Origin: Azolla caroliniana
Taxonomy: Eukaryota > Plantae > Polypodiophyta
Direction of reading: 5' to 3'
Assembly (NCBI GenBank): GCA_043228905.1
Contig: JBHGNT010000010.1
Span: 3,844,001 to 3,908,000 of the forward strand
Length of the DNA: 64,000 bases
Part shown: one piece after another, positions 9,873 through 21,261 of the stretch
How the letters are laid out: each line of letters opens with the position of its first letter
Numbering within the stretch: the stretch's first letter is position 1
Made by a program: the position numbers and the translations under genes
The notes under the pieces: generated by a model
The model's input: the letters and a program-made list of their open reading frames with translations, nothing else
What the model was told of the DNA's origin: nothing
Database searches by the model: none

Positions 9873-12800
9873 CTATCCCCCCTTTAAAACGACGAGTTTC
9901 ACGAGTCGTTTTGGATTGAGGACCCGGTTTCTCGGGATATCGTCGATGGAAGTCTTCTAGAAGAGCACGAGCATTGGTCACATTCTCGATCGGTTCCCAA
10001 GTACGCTCGCTGGGACTATATCCTAGCCAATCGACTAGATAGTAGAGCTTGTTGCGAACAATCTTGGAATCGAGGATGGCAGCGACCTCATACTCAGGTC
10101 CATCTTCGAGCTCGATAGGAGGTGGAGGTTGTATAGTACGTCCTGGGATAGTGCTCTCGTGATAGGGTTCGAGGAGAGAACTATGAAACACCGGGTGTAT
10201 CCGAAGTTGCGGAGGTAGCTCGAGACGAAAAGCGACATCATTAATCTTCCCGATAATACGGAAAGGACCTAATCGTCGATAATCCAACTTCTCACATGGG
10301 CGAGTAGTCTTGATGTGTCGTCGTAGCAGCCACACCCGATCTCCAATGTTAAAACTGGATGGAAGTCGATGACGATCTGCGTAGTCCTTGTGTGATTGTT
10401 GAGCTTGCTGGAGTTGAGTAGATAAATCCGCTTGTATCTTGCGTAACCGCTCCAAACGATCCTCCGCGCAAGGATTTGTGGACACTTCTGGGGTTTCAAG
10501 GACACACCACCGGGGATGATATCCCGTATAAGCGTAGAATGGCGTGACTTTAGTCGATGCGTGGATAGCGTTATTATAGGCAAATTCGGCGAACGGAAGA
10601 ATATCTGCCCAGTCATTCTGATGATAGTTGAGAAAGCACCGCAGATACTGCTCCAGTGTTTGATTTGTTCGTTCGGCTTGACCGTCGGTTTGTGGGTGGT
10701 AGCCGGAGGAGAGGTTACAAGTGACCTTCAGCATTTTAAAAAGGTGCTTCCAGAATTTTGACACAAACTGGGGTCCACGATCGCTGATGATATTATCAGG
10801 GAGTCCATGATGCCGACATACTTCCCGCATGACAATTTCGGCGGTGTCTTCACTAGATATTTCTTTAGTACATGGTAAGAAATGAGCCATCTTCGTATAT
10901 CGATCCACCACTGTGAGAATCGCACTGAATCCCTTAGAGACTGGAAGATCTGTAATGAAGTCAAGAGCAATGGATTGCCATGGCTTGCTTGGAATTGGTA
11001 ATGGTTCTAATAAACCATATGGATGATGTCTTGGCATTTTCGCTCTGCAGCATGTATCGCAAGTCCGAACAAAATCTTCGACAAATTGTCGCATACGGGG
11101 CCACCAGAATGATCGTTGTACTAAATCTAATGTTTTAGTACTACCAAAATGTCCTGCTGTATATGTGTCATGGCAGTTTTGTACTACTCGAAGGCGGCAA
11201 GAACCATTAGGAACATACAAAAGTTCTTTAAAGAAGAGTAATCCATCACAGTATTTGAATTGCCGATAATCCGTACCTGGTGATTGTGATTGTGAACATG
11301 ATGCTCGAGAGGGGTCAATTTGTGCTAGTATAGCTTGGGCGAAAGCGTCAGTCTTCAAGTCCTCACGTATAGTATTGGTAATGTCGGAATCCACGGGCAT
11401 GTCAAAGATCTGTGCTGCTTGCAGTCGTGCTGGACCCAAGATTACTTGCTTCTGGTTATCGAAAGCTGGCTCACCGGGACGTGGTGTTAGATACGAACGC
11501 CGTGATAATGCATCTGCCTTCCCTTGGTGCTTCCCCGGACGATATGTAATTTTGAAGTCGAAGCGTGTGAGGAAATGGGCCCACCGAGCTTGACGTCGAT
11601 TCAGTACACGAGCATCTTGAAAGTAGGCAAGGTTCTTGTGGTCACTGAATACAGTGACCTGATGAGGAGATCCCTCCAGGAAATGCCTCCATTGCATAAA
11701 AGAATCAACTATTGCTAATAGCTCTTTATCATGAATTTCGTAGTTGATTTCGGCGGCGTCAAACTTACGGGAGTGGAAAGCCACAGGATGTAGCTTCTCG
11801 TCGTTACCCTGTTGTGACAGAATGCTCCCCAATGCGAAATCCGATGCATCAGCTTCGATAATGAATGGTTTTTCCGGATCCACATGACCTAAAATTGGAG
11901 CTGATGTAAACGCCTTCTTAAGACTCTCGAAAGCCATGTCCGTCTCTTTAGACCAAATGAATGATTGTCCCTTCCTGGTGAGCTGTGTGAGAGGCAGCAC
12001 AATTTTTGAGTAATTTTGTATGAACTTCCGGTAGAAATTTGCAAAGCCTAGGAAGCATTGCACATCCCGCACCGAACGCGGAGTGTGCCATTCTATCACC
12101 GTTTTGACCTTGGCTGGGTCCATAGATATGCCTTCTGAGGAGATGACATAGCCGAGAAACTCCACTTGGTTGCACCCGAAACTACATTTCTCTAACTTTG
12201 CATACAGACCATGTTCTCGAAGTCGTTTTAGTACTAATAGTACATGAGAATCATGTTCTTCTTGGGTCTTTGAATAAACCAGTAGATCATCCAAATAGAT
12301 GATCAAAAAATCATCCAAGAGGTCTCGAAATATATCATTCGCCATGTGCTGGAAGACTGCCGGCGCATTAGTGAGTCCGAACGGCATGACCGTATACTCG
12401 AAGTGCCCATATCTGGTGCGAAACGCGGTCTTCCATTCATCTCCTGGTCGGATCCGTACGAGGTTATAGGCTCCTCGTAAGTCGATCTTCGTGAAGAACC
12501 TGGCACCGTTGATCCGTTCTAAAAGACTTGAGATAAGGGGAAGAGCATACCTATTTCTTACTGTGACCTTATTCAAGCCACGGTAATCTACAACGAGTCG
12601 AAGCGAGCCATCTTTTTTCTTGACGAAGAAAATGGGTGCGCCGGCTGGAGATTTCGAATGCCGAATGAAACCGTTCTCCAAATTCTCCTCTATATAGGCT
12701 CGAAGGACTTCTAGCTTGGTTGGTGACAAATTGTAGATCGGCCCCCATGGCGGCTCTTTTCCCGGTTGTAAGTCGATGGCGCAGTCGTACGGCCGATGAT

Positions 12801-13461
12801 GAGGAAGTGTGTTGGCTTGTACTTTATCGAACACATCAGCATACTGACGATACTTCTCGGGAAGTTGAACGGTGGACTCCTCTTTGGTGGTGCTGGAGGG
12901 TTGTACTGATATTGCAAAGAGAAACATTTCCTCCTTGCGCCCTTCCTCACGCAACTGACGTAGCGAAATGGTTGCAACCTTCTGGGTAGATCCTTGGGTT
13001 TGTCGCAACCGGATTTCCCTTGTCCTCCAATCTATGTCTGGGTCATGTAACTCGAACCATGGTAATCCTAAAACTATGGGATGTTCTGGAATACTAATAA
13101 TATTAAATGATACTACACATGTTAAGTTATCTAGGACAATATTAACGGGTTCCGACTCTTCTATGATATTACCAGAAGCAATGGGACGACCATCAATGAC
13201 TACTACTGAGGCTGGACATGGGAGCTTTCTGAGAGATATCTGATGAGCTCGGGCAAAATTCCTATCCATGAAGCAAGAATTAGCTCCGGAATCTAGAAGG
13301 GCTAAGGTATGTACTGGAGGGGTACTTTTAGTACTAACTGCTACTTGGACTACGAACACATCACTAACTTGCTTAGAGGGAATGGAACCACTAATGGGCT
13401 GCACAGATCTAGGGCTGTCCAACCAAACGGCTCCTATTTTGGCTGGACTTAGTCGTTTAAC
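9865..13461 (-). CDS. Chromovirus D pol (PR-RT-RNaseH-INT-chromodomain), -1 frame relative to gag
   Basis: LLDSGA, KIDLRGAY, MPFGLTNAP, YLDD, EADASD, DFITDLP/SDRGPQF/DGQAER, chromodomain EYEVAAILDS...YLVDWLGY...TWEP. The stop codon falls inside the 3' LTR. Confidence 0.95.
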   Translation of the reverse strand, partial: VKRLSPAKIGAVWLDSPRSVQPISGSIPSKQVSDVFVVQVAVSTKSTPPVHTLALLDSGANSCFMDRNFARAHQISLRKLPCPASVVVIDGRPIASGNIIEESEPVNIVLDNLTCVVSFNIISIPEHPIVLGLPWFELHDPDIDWRTREIRLRQTQGSTQKVATISLRQLREEGRKEEMFLFAISVQPSSTTKEESTVQLPEKYRQYADVFDKVQANTLPHHRPYDCAIDLQPGKEPPWGPIYNLSPTKLEVLRAYIEENLENGFIRHSKSPAGAPIFFVKKKDGSLRLVVDYRGLNKVTVRNRYALPLISSLLERINGARFFTKIDLRGAYNLVRIRPGDEWKTAFRTRYGHFEYTVMPFGLTNAPAVFQHMANDIFRDLLDDFLIIYLDDLLVYSKTQEEHDSHVLLVLKRLREHGLYAKLEKCSFGCNQVEFLGYVISSEGISMDPAKVKTVIEWHTPRSVRDVQCFLGFANFYRKFIQNYSKIVLPLTQLTRKGQSFIWSKETDMAFESLKKAFTSAPILGHVDPEKPFIIEADASDFALGSILSQQGNDEKLHPVAFHSRKFDAAEINYEIHDKELLAIVDSFMQWRHFLEGSPHQVTVFSDHKNLAYFQDARVLNRRQARWAHFLTRFDFKITYRPGKHQGKADALSRRSYLTPRPGEPAFDNQKQVILGPARLQAAQIFDMPVDSDITNTIREDLKTDAFAQAILAQIDPSRASCSQSQSPGTDYRQFKYCDGLLFFKELLYVPNGSCRLRVVQNCHDTYTAGHFGSTKTLDLVQRSFWWPRMRQFVEDFVRTCDTCCRAKMPRHHPYGLLEPLPIPSKPWQSIALDFITDLPVSKGFSAILTVVDRYTKMAHFLPCTKEISSEDTAEIVMREVCRHHGLPDNIISDRGPQFVSKFWKHLFKMLKVTCNLSSGYHPQTDGQAERTNQTLEQYLRCFLNYHQNDWADILPFAEFAYNNAIHASTKVTPFYAYTGYHPRWCVLETPEVSTNPCAEDRLERLRKIQADLSTQLQQAQQSHKDYADRHRLPSSFNIGDRVWLLRRHIKTTRPCEKLDYRRLGPFRIIGKINDVAFRLELPPQLRIHPVFHSSLLEPYHESTIPGRTIQPPPPIELEDGPEYEVAAILDSKIVRNKLYYLVDWLGYSPSERTWEPIENVTNARALLEDFHRRYPEKPGPQSKTTRETRRFKGGIVS

Positions 13462-14618
13462 TCTTCTTCTAATTGGCTAAGGACATCAAATTTGTTTGCG
13501 AGATTCGGACTATTAGTACTATTAGGACTATTATAACTATGAGGATTATCAGAGATTCCTACTAACATAGACTCGGGTTTAGTATAGTCAGAACTAACAA
13601 TGACTTGGTTTACCTGCCTTCTTGGTCTATGGGGACAGTTTATCGCGATATGCCCTGGTCCACCGCAATAAAGGCATAATCGGTTTGTTCGGCGTCGTTG
13701 CTTTTCCTCCTCCGATAGCGGCCCACGACGACGTGTAGTGTCAATTTCCATTGGAGTTGGAGTACTTACTGGAGGCGCATTATGTGACTCCCTTTGAAAA
13801 GGTTTCGCTACCATTGAGGCATAGGTAGGCTCGGATCTTGCCCTCGGCATCTGAAATTGTCGTTCCGAACGTCGCTCGAAGAGGCGGTTGTCACATCTGA
13901 CCGCTCGACTGATTGCTTCTGTTAATGATTTTGGCTCTTCAGGGAAAGTCAAGAGTAAATCCTTGACATCGTTGCGTAGACCATAGCGGAACTGCTCCAT
14001 CAATGCTTGATCATCCCAGGGGATATCGGCGGCGAGTAGGCGGAAATCTGCAGCATATGCGGAGGCTGGACGGTCACCTTGGCGTAATCGCCGGATTTTG
14101 TTGATTGCAGTCCTTATGCTGTCAGTATCTCCAAAACATGCTTTAAACTCACTTATGAATTCTTCAAAATTATTTAGTACTGGAGATTCCTTTTCTAGTA
14201 GCGGAGCGAACCATGCTAATGCTGAGCCATTTAACAACGTGCCTACTAAACCCACTCGTGATGCATCGGTGGGATATCGGGACGGATGCATTTGAATAAC
14301 TAACCGTACCTGGTTAAGAAACCCTCTAAACTGCGATCGCGTTCCATCGAACTTCGTGGGAAGGCCAATCTTGGGTTCTTTATGAATCCCTTGTGCTCCG
14401 TGCCCTTGTTGTTGCATTGCTACGATGGTTGCTTCGAGTTGTTGCACGCGTAACGCAAGTTCCCCATGCTGTTGTTGCGTTTGCTGCTTTTCTAAGGAAA
14501 TTTGCTGAAGATCCCCCAACAAGCGTTGATTTTCTTGTTCCAAAGCATGAAACTTCTCTTTCAAGCATTGAAATTCCGAGAAAACGGATTGATACTCTTC
14601 AGCGCTAACGGTGGCCAT
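13449..14618 (-). CDS. Chromovirus D gag (N-terminal coiled coil, Ty3/PEG10-like capsid, zinc knuckle)
   Basis: EPKIGLPTKFDGTR, LRQGDRPASAYAADF, FRYGL, PTPMEID, CLYCGGPGHIAINCP. Confidence 0.93.
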   Translation of the reverse strand: MATVSAEEYQSVFSEFQCLKEKFHALEQENQRLLGDLQQISLEKQQTQQQHGELALRVQQLEATIVAMQQQGHGAQGIHKEPKIGLPTKFDGTRSQFRGFLNQVRLVIQMHPSRYPTDASRVGLVGTLLNGSALAWFAPLLEKESPVLNNFEEFISEFKACFGDTDSIRTAINKIRRLRQGDRPASAYAADFRLLAADIPWDDQALMEQFRYGLRNDVKDLLLTFPEEPKSLTEAISRAVRCDNRLFERRSERQFQMPRARSEPTYASMVAKPFQRESHNAPPVSTPTPMEIDTTRRRGPLSEEEKQRRRTNRLCLYCGGPGHIAINCPHRPRRQVNQVIVSSDYTKPESMLVGISDNPHSYNSPNSTNSPNLANKFDVLSQLEEELND

Positions 14619-14706
14619 GGGATGAAGGAAAAGGGAAATAAGAGACTAGTAGGAAAGGAGAGAGACAGAAGGAAGAGGGAGACTAGTAGGGAAAATCGGT
14701 TCAAAC

Positions 14707-14839
14707 TGTCAGGAACTCTATTAAGGCAGAGAAGGAATTAGTACTAAAAGAAGGATTAGTACTATTGTTGGGGAATAGTACTAAGACAGAGAAGGATTAG
14801 TACTATGAGAGGTGTCGAACTTTGAGAGAAGGAATGAGT

Positions 14840-14885
<46 letters not shown>

Positions 14886-15175
14886 TGATGCGAAAGATAT
14901 ATGTATTATATGACGGAAGATATACAACAGTAGTTAGAAGGCTTAAGACTGGCGTTGAACCGATTTGGTTCGAACTAATGCCTTGCGCCTCCTTTTATAG
15001 TGTCTTCAGGAATACTCCTGAAGTTTCTAGAATGTTCCAGAGAAATCTGGAATATACATCAATTTCCTAATAAAACCTAAATGAAAATAATATCCTTCAA
15101 ATTACAACTCATAACCTAATGGTAAAGTCTCGACCCGTGTAACAAAAGGTTATGGGTTCGAGTCTAGTTATGACA
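14707..15175 (-). repeat. 5' LTR of chromovirus D
   Basis: Direct repeat of 9400-9872; minus-strand TATAAAAG at 14999-14992. Confidence 0.96.
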
Positions 15176-15180
15176 AGCTC

Positions 15181-17236
15181 GGTCACGGAAGTACGGAGAT
15201 TCCTGGGGGCATGCGCGTTCTACCACATATGGATCCCGCATTACGCCCACGTCGCGGAGCCACTGTACGGGTTGCTGAAAAAGGGGCAAAGGTTCGAATG
15301 GCTAAACGAGCACGCGGAATCGGTCCGGAAGCTGAAAGAGGCCCTTGCAGCGGCACCGGCACTCCGGAAGGCGGTATACGGGAAGGGTACCCCGGTATTC
15401 ATAACGGTGGATACCAGTCCGACCGGGATCGGATGGGTCGTGAACCAGGAAGACGAGGACGGCAATCGGTTTCCGATCCGATTCGGCGCGAAAGTCCTCA
15501 GTGAACGGCAGCGAGGATACGCCCAGGTTAAACGCGAACTCTGGGGTATTGTTTCGGCGGTTAAGGCCGACAAAGATTACCTGATAGGGACAGAAGTGAT
15601 CATCGAGACGGATTGCCTGCCGATTCTCGGTATGGTTTCCGGATGCGCGACTCCGGACCTGGCGATGCTCAGGTGGATAGCGTACATCAAGTCCCTGGAC
15701 CCGGAAATACGACACATTTCCGGGAAAGACAACGCCATGGCCGACATGCTTTCGAGGGCGAGGTTCGACGACGAGGGCGGCATGGTTTCGGAAGACGAAG
15801 AAGTCGGCGTGGATTTCTTCGAGGCGGCGTACATAACGACCGACGGGATGAGCACTCCGGCGCTTAACGAGTTCGACGCGAGCAAGTACGACGGGGAGTG
15901 GCTGCAGATCGGCGGGTTTTTGAAGGCAATGACACCCGATGCGTCATGGACGAAGGACGAGGCCAACCGGATCCGGAAGAAAGCATACCGATTCTTTCTC
16001 CGAGATGGGCATTTGTGGAAGCACCCGAAGAAGAGGAACGGCGTCCCGCTCCGGGTGGTGGCGATGAAGGAAGAACAGGAGGAGCTACTGGCGGCCCACC
16101 ACGACAGCCCTTGGGCTGGACACCGTGGAACGTGGGCGACATTTGAGAAGCTGAAGGGGAAGTACTGGTGGCCGGGATTGTACCGGGACGTGCATCGGTT
16201 CGTGTCAACTTGCGAGAGTTGTCAGATGCACTCGATAGTCCGACACCGGGACGGGCTTCGCCCTACGTACCCTCCGACTATCCACTTCAAATGGATGGTA
16301 GATCTGGTGACGATGCCGATGGGGGTAGGACAGATGCGGTATCTGGTCCTAGCGCGGGAAGACCTGACGAACCAGGTGGAAGGCCGAGCCCTTCAGAACA
16401 AGACGACCGCGGCCGTGTGTCGGTTCCTAATCGAGGACGTGATATGCCGGTACGGGTGCGTCGGGAAGATCGTGGCTGACCGAGGGGAGTTGGACGCCGA
16501 AGAAGCCGCGGAGCTGTTCGACCGGCTGGGGGTCAAGCTCTCGCTCACCACTGCGTACAATCCGGAGGCGAATGGAAAGGTGGAGCGCGGACACGGACCG
16601 ATCGTCAAGGCGTTGGTTCGGGCATGCGGAGGCCGAATCGGTGACTGGCCGCGGCTCCTACCTTATGCTTTGTGGGCAGACCGGACCACGCACAGTTCGG
16701 TAACCGGGTACATGCCGACAGAGCTCATGTTCGGCCAGAAGCCGATCATGCCGATTGAACGGACGATCTCCTCGTGGGCAACGGTCGACTGGAGGGACGA
16801 GATGAGCCGGGAGGAGTTGTTGGCCGCGCGTATACGACAGCTCGAGCGGAGACCGGAGGACGTGGCACTGGCTACGGAGAAGCTCCGGGTGGCGAGGACA
16901 AAGAACAAAGCCCGGTTCGACCGAACGCACCGGCTACGACCGAAGAAAATCGACGAAGGTGACTGGGTGCTCGTCTACGACAGCAGCCTCGACAACCAGC
17001 ACCGAGCAACGCGGAAGTTCGCACAGAGATGGTTCGGGCCGTACACGGTACAGAGCGCCAACGACAACGGGACGTATCATCTGGCGGAACTCGACGGTAC
17101 GAGAATAGCGATACCCGTGGCCGGGAAGAGGATCAAAGCTTTCAAGAAGCGGCACGACGACGAACCCGACCCGATTCTCCTGGACAGCAGCGACGACCGA
17201 TCCGAGGCCGAGGAAGGGCCGGCAGGCGAAGAGTAA
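15181..17236 (+). CDS. Gypsy C ORF2, 3' part (RT thumb, RNase H, integrase with GPY/F; no chromodomain)
   Basis: VRRFLG, TVDTSPTG, ETDC, HHDSPWAGHRG...CESCQ, MVDLV, ADRGE, NGKVERGH, WFGPY. No stops. Confidence 0.95.
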
Positions 17237-17308
17237 AGGCGGGCCGGTTTTCTCCGTGCCAACTTAATTTGGCGCATACCGGTGGATGCGCGGTTAGGTG
17301 GGGGCGGA

Positions 17309-17975
17309 TGTCGTGAAGAAAACCGCCCACAAGAGGAATCGGAGGAACAAGGCGTGGGAAACGGCTCTACACACACGCGCGCCAAGAAGTACATACGAGG
17401 ATCCTAGGTGGGTAGATTCGGTTGGTATGCATTTAATGCCAAACGGCCTCTTGACGGGATATAAAAAGGAAGAGGAAGAATAGAAGAGGGGCTCTCGCGC
17501 GGAGAGGACGGAGTGCTGCCGAACCGATTTCGGAGCTCCTCTCTCACTCCTGCTTCTCTGTCTTCTGCTCCATCGCGTACCTGTGCAGGTTTCGAGGAGG
17601 CTTGCGCTGCTCCGTGGAACGCCCGAGTGCGTCCTGCAGCACCTCCGACCTGTTTCCCCTTTCTGTGCGTCGCGTCATACAGGGGTCGGCATCTGTTCGC
17701 CGCCCTGTTCGTTTTCGTTAGTATCTATTCCGTGCCCCACCGTGGGTTGTAATACTTTGGCCTGTTATTTTCTTGCATTCATAAGTACATTTCTTTCGTT
17801 GTTGCGTCCATCTGCGTCGGCGTTTAACTGTGATCTCTGTTTGTTGGGCCGTGTCCCTATGCGATCTTCGGTTCTGTGTAATCGGGTCTCTCTCTCTCTC
17901 TCTCTCTTGCTCTTCGGTCCAAGACCCCCGTGGTCCCTCCTCCTTTCTGCGCGCAAGGGCGTAGCAACCACGACA
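17309..17975 (+). repeat. 3' LTR of Gypsy C
   Basis: Direct repeat of 5140-5806; TATAAAAAG at 17460-17468. Confidence 0.96.
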
Positions 17976-17979
17976 ACGC

Positions 17980-20744
17980 TCAGAGAGGGTAACCTGTTTT
18001 TGGTGGATATTCCTGTGTCATCACTATGGCACAGAAGATTAGGACACCTCAGCAAGGCCGGCATCACGCACCTATCTAGAGCCGGATACATCCCTAAACT
18101 CTCCTTCTCCGACCATCAATTCTGCGAACATTGCCAGTATGGCAAACAAGCGGCCACATCACACCCGACATCAGCACCAAGAGAAACGAGACCCCTCGAT
18201 TTAGTCCACTCGGACGTCTGTGGCCCAATGCCGCATCAGTCTCTTGGTGGTGCCTCTTACTTCGTCAGTTTTATTGACGATTCGACTCGAAAGGTGTGGG
18301 CGTATCCAATTCGCACCAAAGATCGTGTCTTCTCGATCTTCTCCGATTGGCTCGCTATGGTAGAAAATCAAACCGACCGAAAACTGAAATGCTTTCGGAC
18401 CGACAATGGGGGAGAGTTCAAATCAGAAGAATTCGTCAAATTCTGCCGACAACGCGGCATCCGACGTGAATTTACGGCACCACACAGTCCGGAGCAAAAC
18501 GGGATTGCAGAACGAATGAATCGGACAATCCAAGAACGGATAGTTTCCATGCTCCAACACTCCGAACTGTCGGATGGCTTCTGGGCAGAGGCTCTACTCA
18601 CGGCAGTACACATAATCAATATGTCGCCAAGTAGACCTCTAGGACTTCAAATTCCTCAGGAACTATGGATCGGCAGTAAGCCGAATTACGACAAGCTGAG
18701 GATCTTCGGATGCGAGGCGTACGCCCTCATTCCGAAAGATGATCGCCGAAAACTTGCACCTCGGTCCAGGAAATGCATTTTCCTTGGATATGGATCAGAC
18801 GGCGAAATGGGATACCGACTCTGGGACCCCGAACGCAGACAAATCGTTCGAAGTTCAGACGTTGTGTTCAACGAGTCGGCTATGAATCCATCAGTCGAAA
18901 AACCGACCGAAGTCCGAAGGGTAACATTTTCCGATGTGCCGACCCTTGAAGAAGGCCCCGCTCTCAACACACGGTCAGCTTCACGGGTAGCTGAACCTTA
19001 CACTACCGACTCGGACAACCCCGACTCGGCACAGCAGAACAATCCGCTTTCGGACCATCCGACCACGATACCCGATGCGACCAGTCCAATCATACCTCGA
19101 CGATCCGAGAGACTGTCGCAACCTCCGGAGAGGTATTCTCCTGGAATTTTCTTCACCGACGCCGGCGAACCGACGTCTTACGAAGAAGCATCGACTTCTG
19201 TCGATTCAGCCACCTGGCATCTGGCGATGGAGTCGGAAATGCACTCCATTCGGGCAAACAAGACCTGGGATTTGGTCGAATTACCTAAGAATCGACGTGC
19301 TCTCCCTTGCAAGTGGGTTTATCGACTAAAAGAGACGTCTGATTCGACCACCCCAAAGTACAAGGCCAGATTAGTTGTGAAGGGCTTCCGACAAGAATAT
19401 GGCGTCGACTTCGACGAGATTTTTTCACCAGTGGTGAAAATGACAACCCTTCGTTTTCTACTCGGCGTAGTGGCAGCCGACAACTTGGAGCTGATTCAGC
19501 TAGATGTCAAAACAGCCTTCCTCCATGGTGATCTTGAAGAGGAAATTTATATGGAGCAGCCCAAAGGCTTCGTGGCAACTGGCCAAGAACATCTAGTCTG
19601 CCGACTCAGGAAGAGTCTATACGGCCTCAAACAGGCACCGCGACAATGGTACAAGAAGTTCGACGACTTCATCCAATCGATCGGCTTCTCAAAAAGCGAT
19701 GAGGACCATTGTCTTTTCACCAATACAGCTCAAGATGGATCACCCATCTTCCTCATCATCTACGTGGACGACATGCTAATTTCTGGACGCCACGCGGGCG
19801 AACTTGCCGATCTCATTCGGCAACTGCGGTTGAAGTTTTCAATGAAGGACCTCGGTCCGGCACGACACATACTCGGCATGAAGATTAGTCGGCATCGCGA
19901 TAAACGACATCTTTTTTTGTCTCAGACCGACTATATTGGACGTGTCTTGGAACGCTTCAACATGCAATCAGCCAAATCTGCTTCAACCCCGCTCCCCATG
20001 AATCTTCGGCTCTCTCAGCGAGACTGCCCGACATCCGGTCCGGAGGGGGAAGATATGAAGTCGGTACCATATGCACCGGCAGTCGGCTCCCTTATGTACC
20101 TGATGGTCGCGACACGGCCTGATATTTCTCATGTCGTAGGAGTCGTTAGCAGATTTATGCACAATCCTGGCCGATCGCATTGGAACGCAGTCAAGCATGT
20201 GTTCAGATATCTGGCTGGCACAAAAGACCATGGGATTCTTTTCGGTCCGAACCGAACCTCAGGCGTAGTCGGTTACACCGACTCGGACTTCGCCGGCTGT
20301 ATAGACAGTCGGAAATCAACAACCGGATACTACTTCAAATTCGGCAATGGAGCAATCTCGTGGAAGTCGAAACTTCAGGAGTGCACAGCGACCTCAACGA
20401 CCGAAGCAGAATATGTAGCTGCGTCCGACGCAGCAAAAGAAGCTTTGTGGCTCGGTCGGCTGGCGCACACGTTTCGACAAGTCGACCATGACTCGGCCCC
20501 AGTTGTCTACAGCGACAGTCAAGGTGCTGTTGCCTTGTCAAAAAATCCGGTTCACCACAACGCCTCCAAACATATCGACGTTCGATATCACTTCGTTCGG
20601 GACTGCGTCATTTCAGGGAAAATCGGTCTAGAGAAAATATCCACAACCGACAATGTCGCAGATGGAATGACCAAGTGTCTTTCGGCAGACCGCTTTCGGT
20701 CTCTTCGGCATCAGATGGGCGTAACGACAAACCAGTCCGGTTAG
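17980..20744 (+). CDS. Copia B polyprotein, 3' part (GAG-pre-integrase, integrase, RT, RNase H)
   Basis: LWHRRLGH, CEHCQYGK, VHSDVCGP, TDNGGEF, NGIAERMNR, LDVKTAFLHG, YVDDML, YTDSDFAG, KHIDVRYHFVR. No stops. Confidence 0.95.
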
Positions 20745-20947
20745 AGCCGGACACAGCACAGGATGGTTTTCGACAACCGACATCAGTTCCTTAATGATCG
20801 GCTTCAACACTTCCGACCCGACCAGTTCGGTCTTCTGCCTTCGGACCCTGCCGACTCGAACAAAAACTGATATGTCCGAGAACATAGGTTTATACCTGTA
20901 ATCTTAGATAACCCATGTATACGCCCATTACGGGGGAGTGTCGAATA

Positions 20948-21230
20948 TGTTGGGAATCGACGCTTCGATTCACCTTCACCGCTCGGCCACAACCGAGTAA
21001 TCGCGAATCAATGCAGCAGAAAATAGGAACCAAAGAGAGAAACACACGAATACACAGGGATTAACGTGGAAAACCCTAGATGGGAAAAACCACGGGAGTA
21101 CAAGACTCCAAACCAACACTATACAAAGAGAAGTATACAATGGCGAGCTGCAAGGCGACGACCTTGAGCTCGCTGTCCTCGCCACAGGCGGCGGAAATAC
21201 ACAGAGGCGTCGTCCTCTTCCTCTCTCGCG

Positions 21231-21261
<31 letters not shown>

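Larger units (their letters stand above)
9400..15175 (-). mobile_element. Chromovirus (Ty3/Gypsy, Tcn1/Tf1-sushi-like) LTR retrotransposon D, apparently intact
   Basis: TSD AGCTC at 9395-9399 and 15176-15180. LTRs 9400-9872 and 14707-15175 are identical except (GA)21 versus (GA)19. PPT AAAGGGGGGATAG; gag and pol are uninterrupted. Confidence 0.97.
5140..17975 (+). mobile_element. Ty3/Gypsy LTR retrotransposon C (same family as A), full length, interrupted by D
   Basis: 667-bp LTRs at 5140-5806 and 17309-17975 (TGTCGTG...CACGACA; 2 substitutions seen). 4-bp TSD ACGC at 5136-5139 and 17976-17979. PBS 5810-5827; PPT before 17309. Confidence 0.97.

Noticed and set aside
17583-20744. 1053-aa ORF as a natural single gene
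   Set aside because: Its first ~131 codons are the C 3' LTR read in frame by chance; the rest is Copia B pol. It is treated as a chimera under findings.
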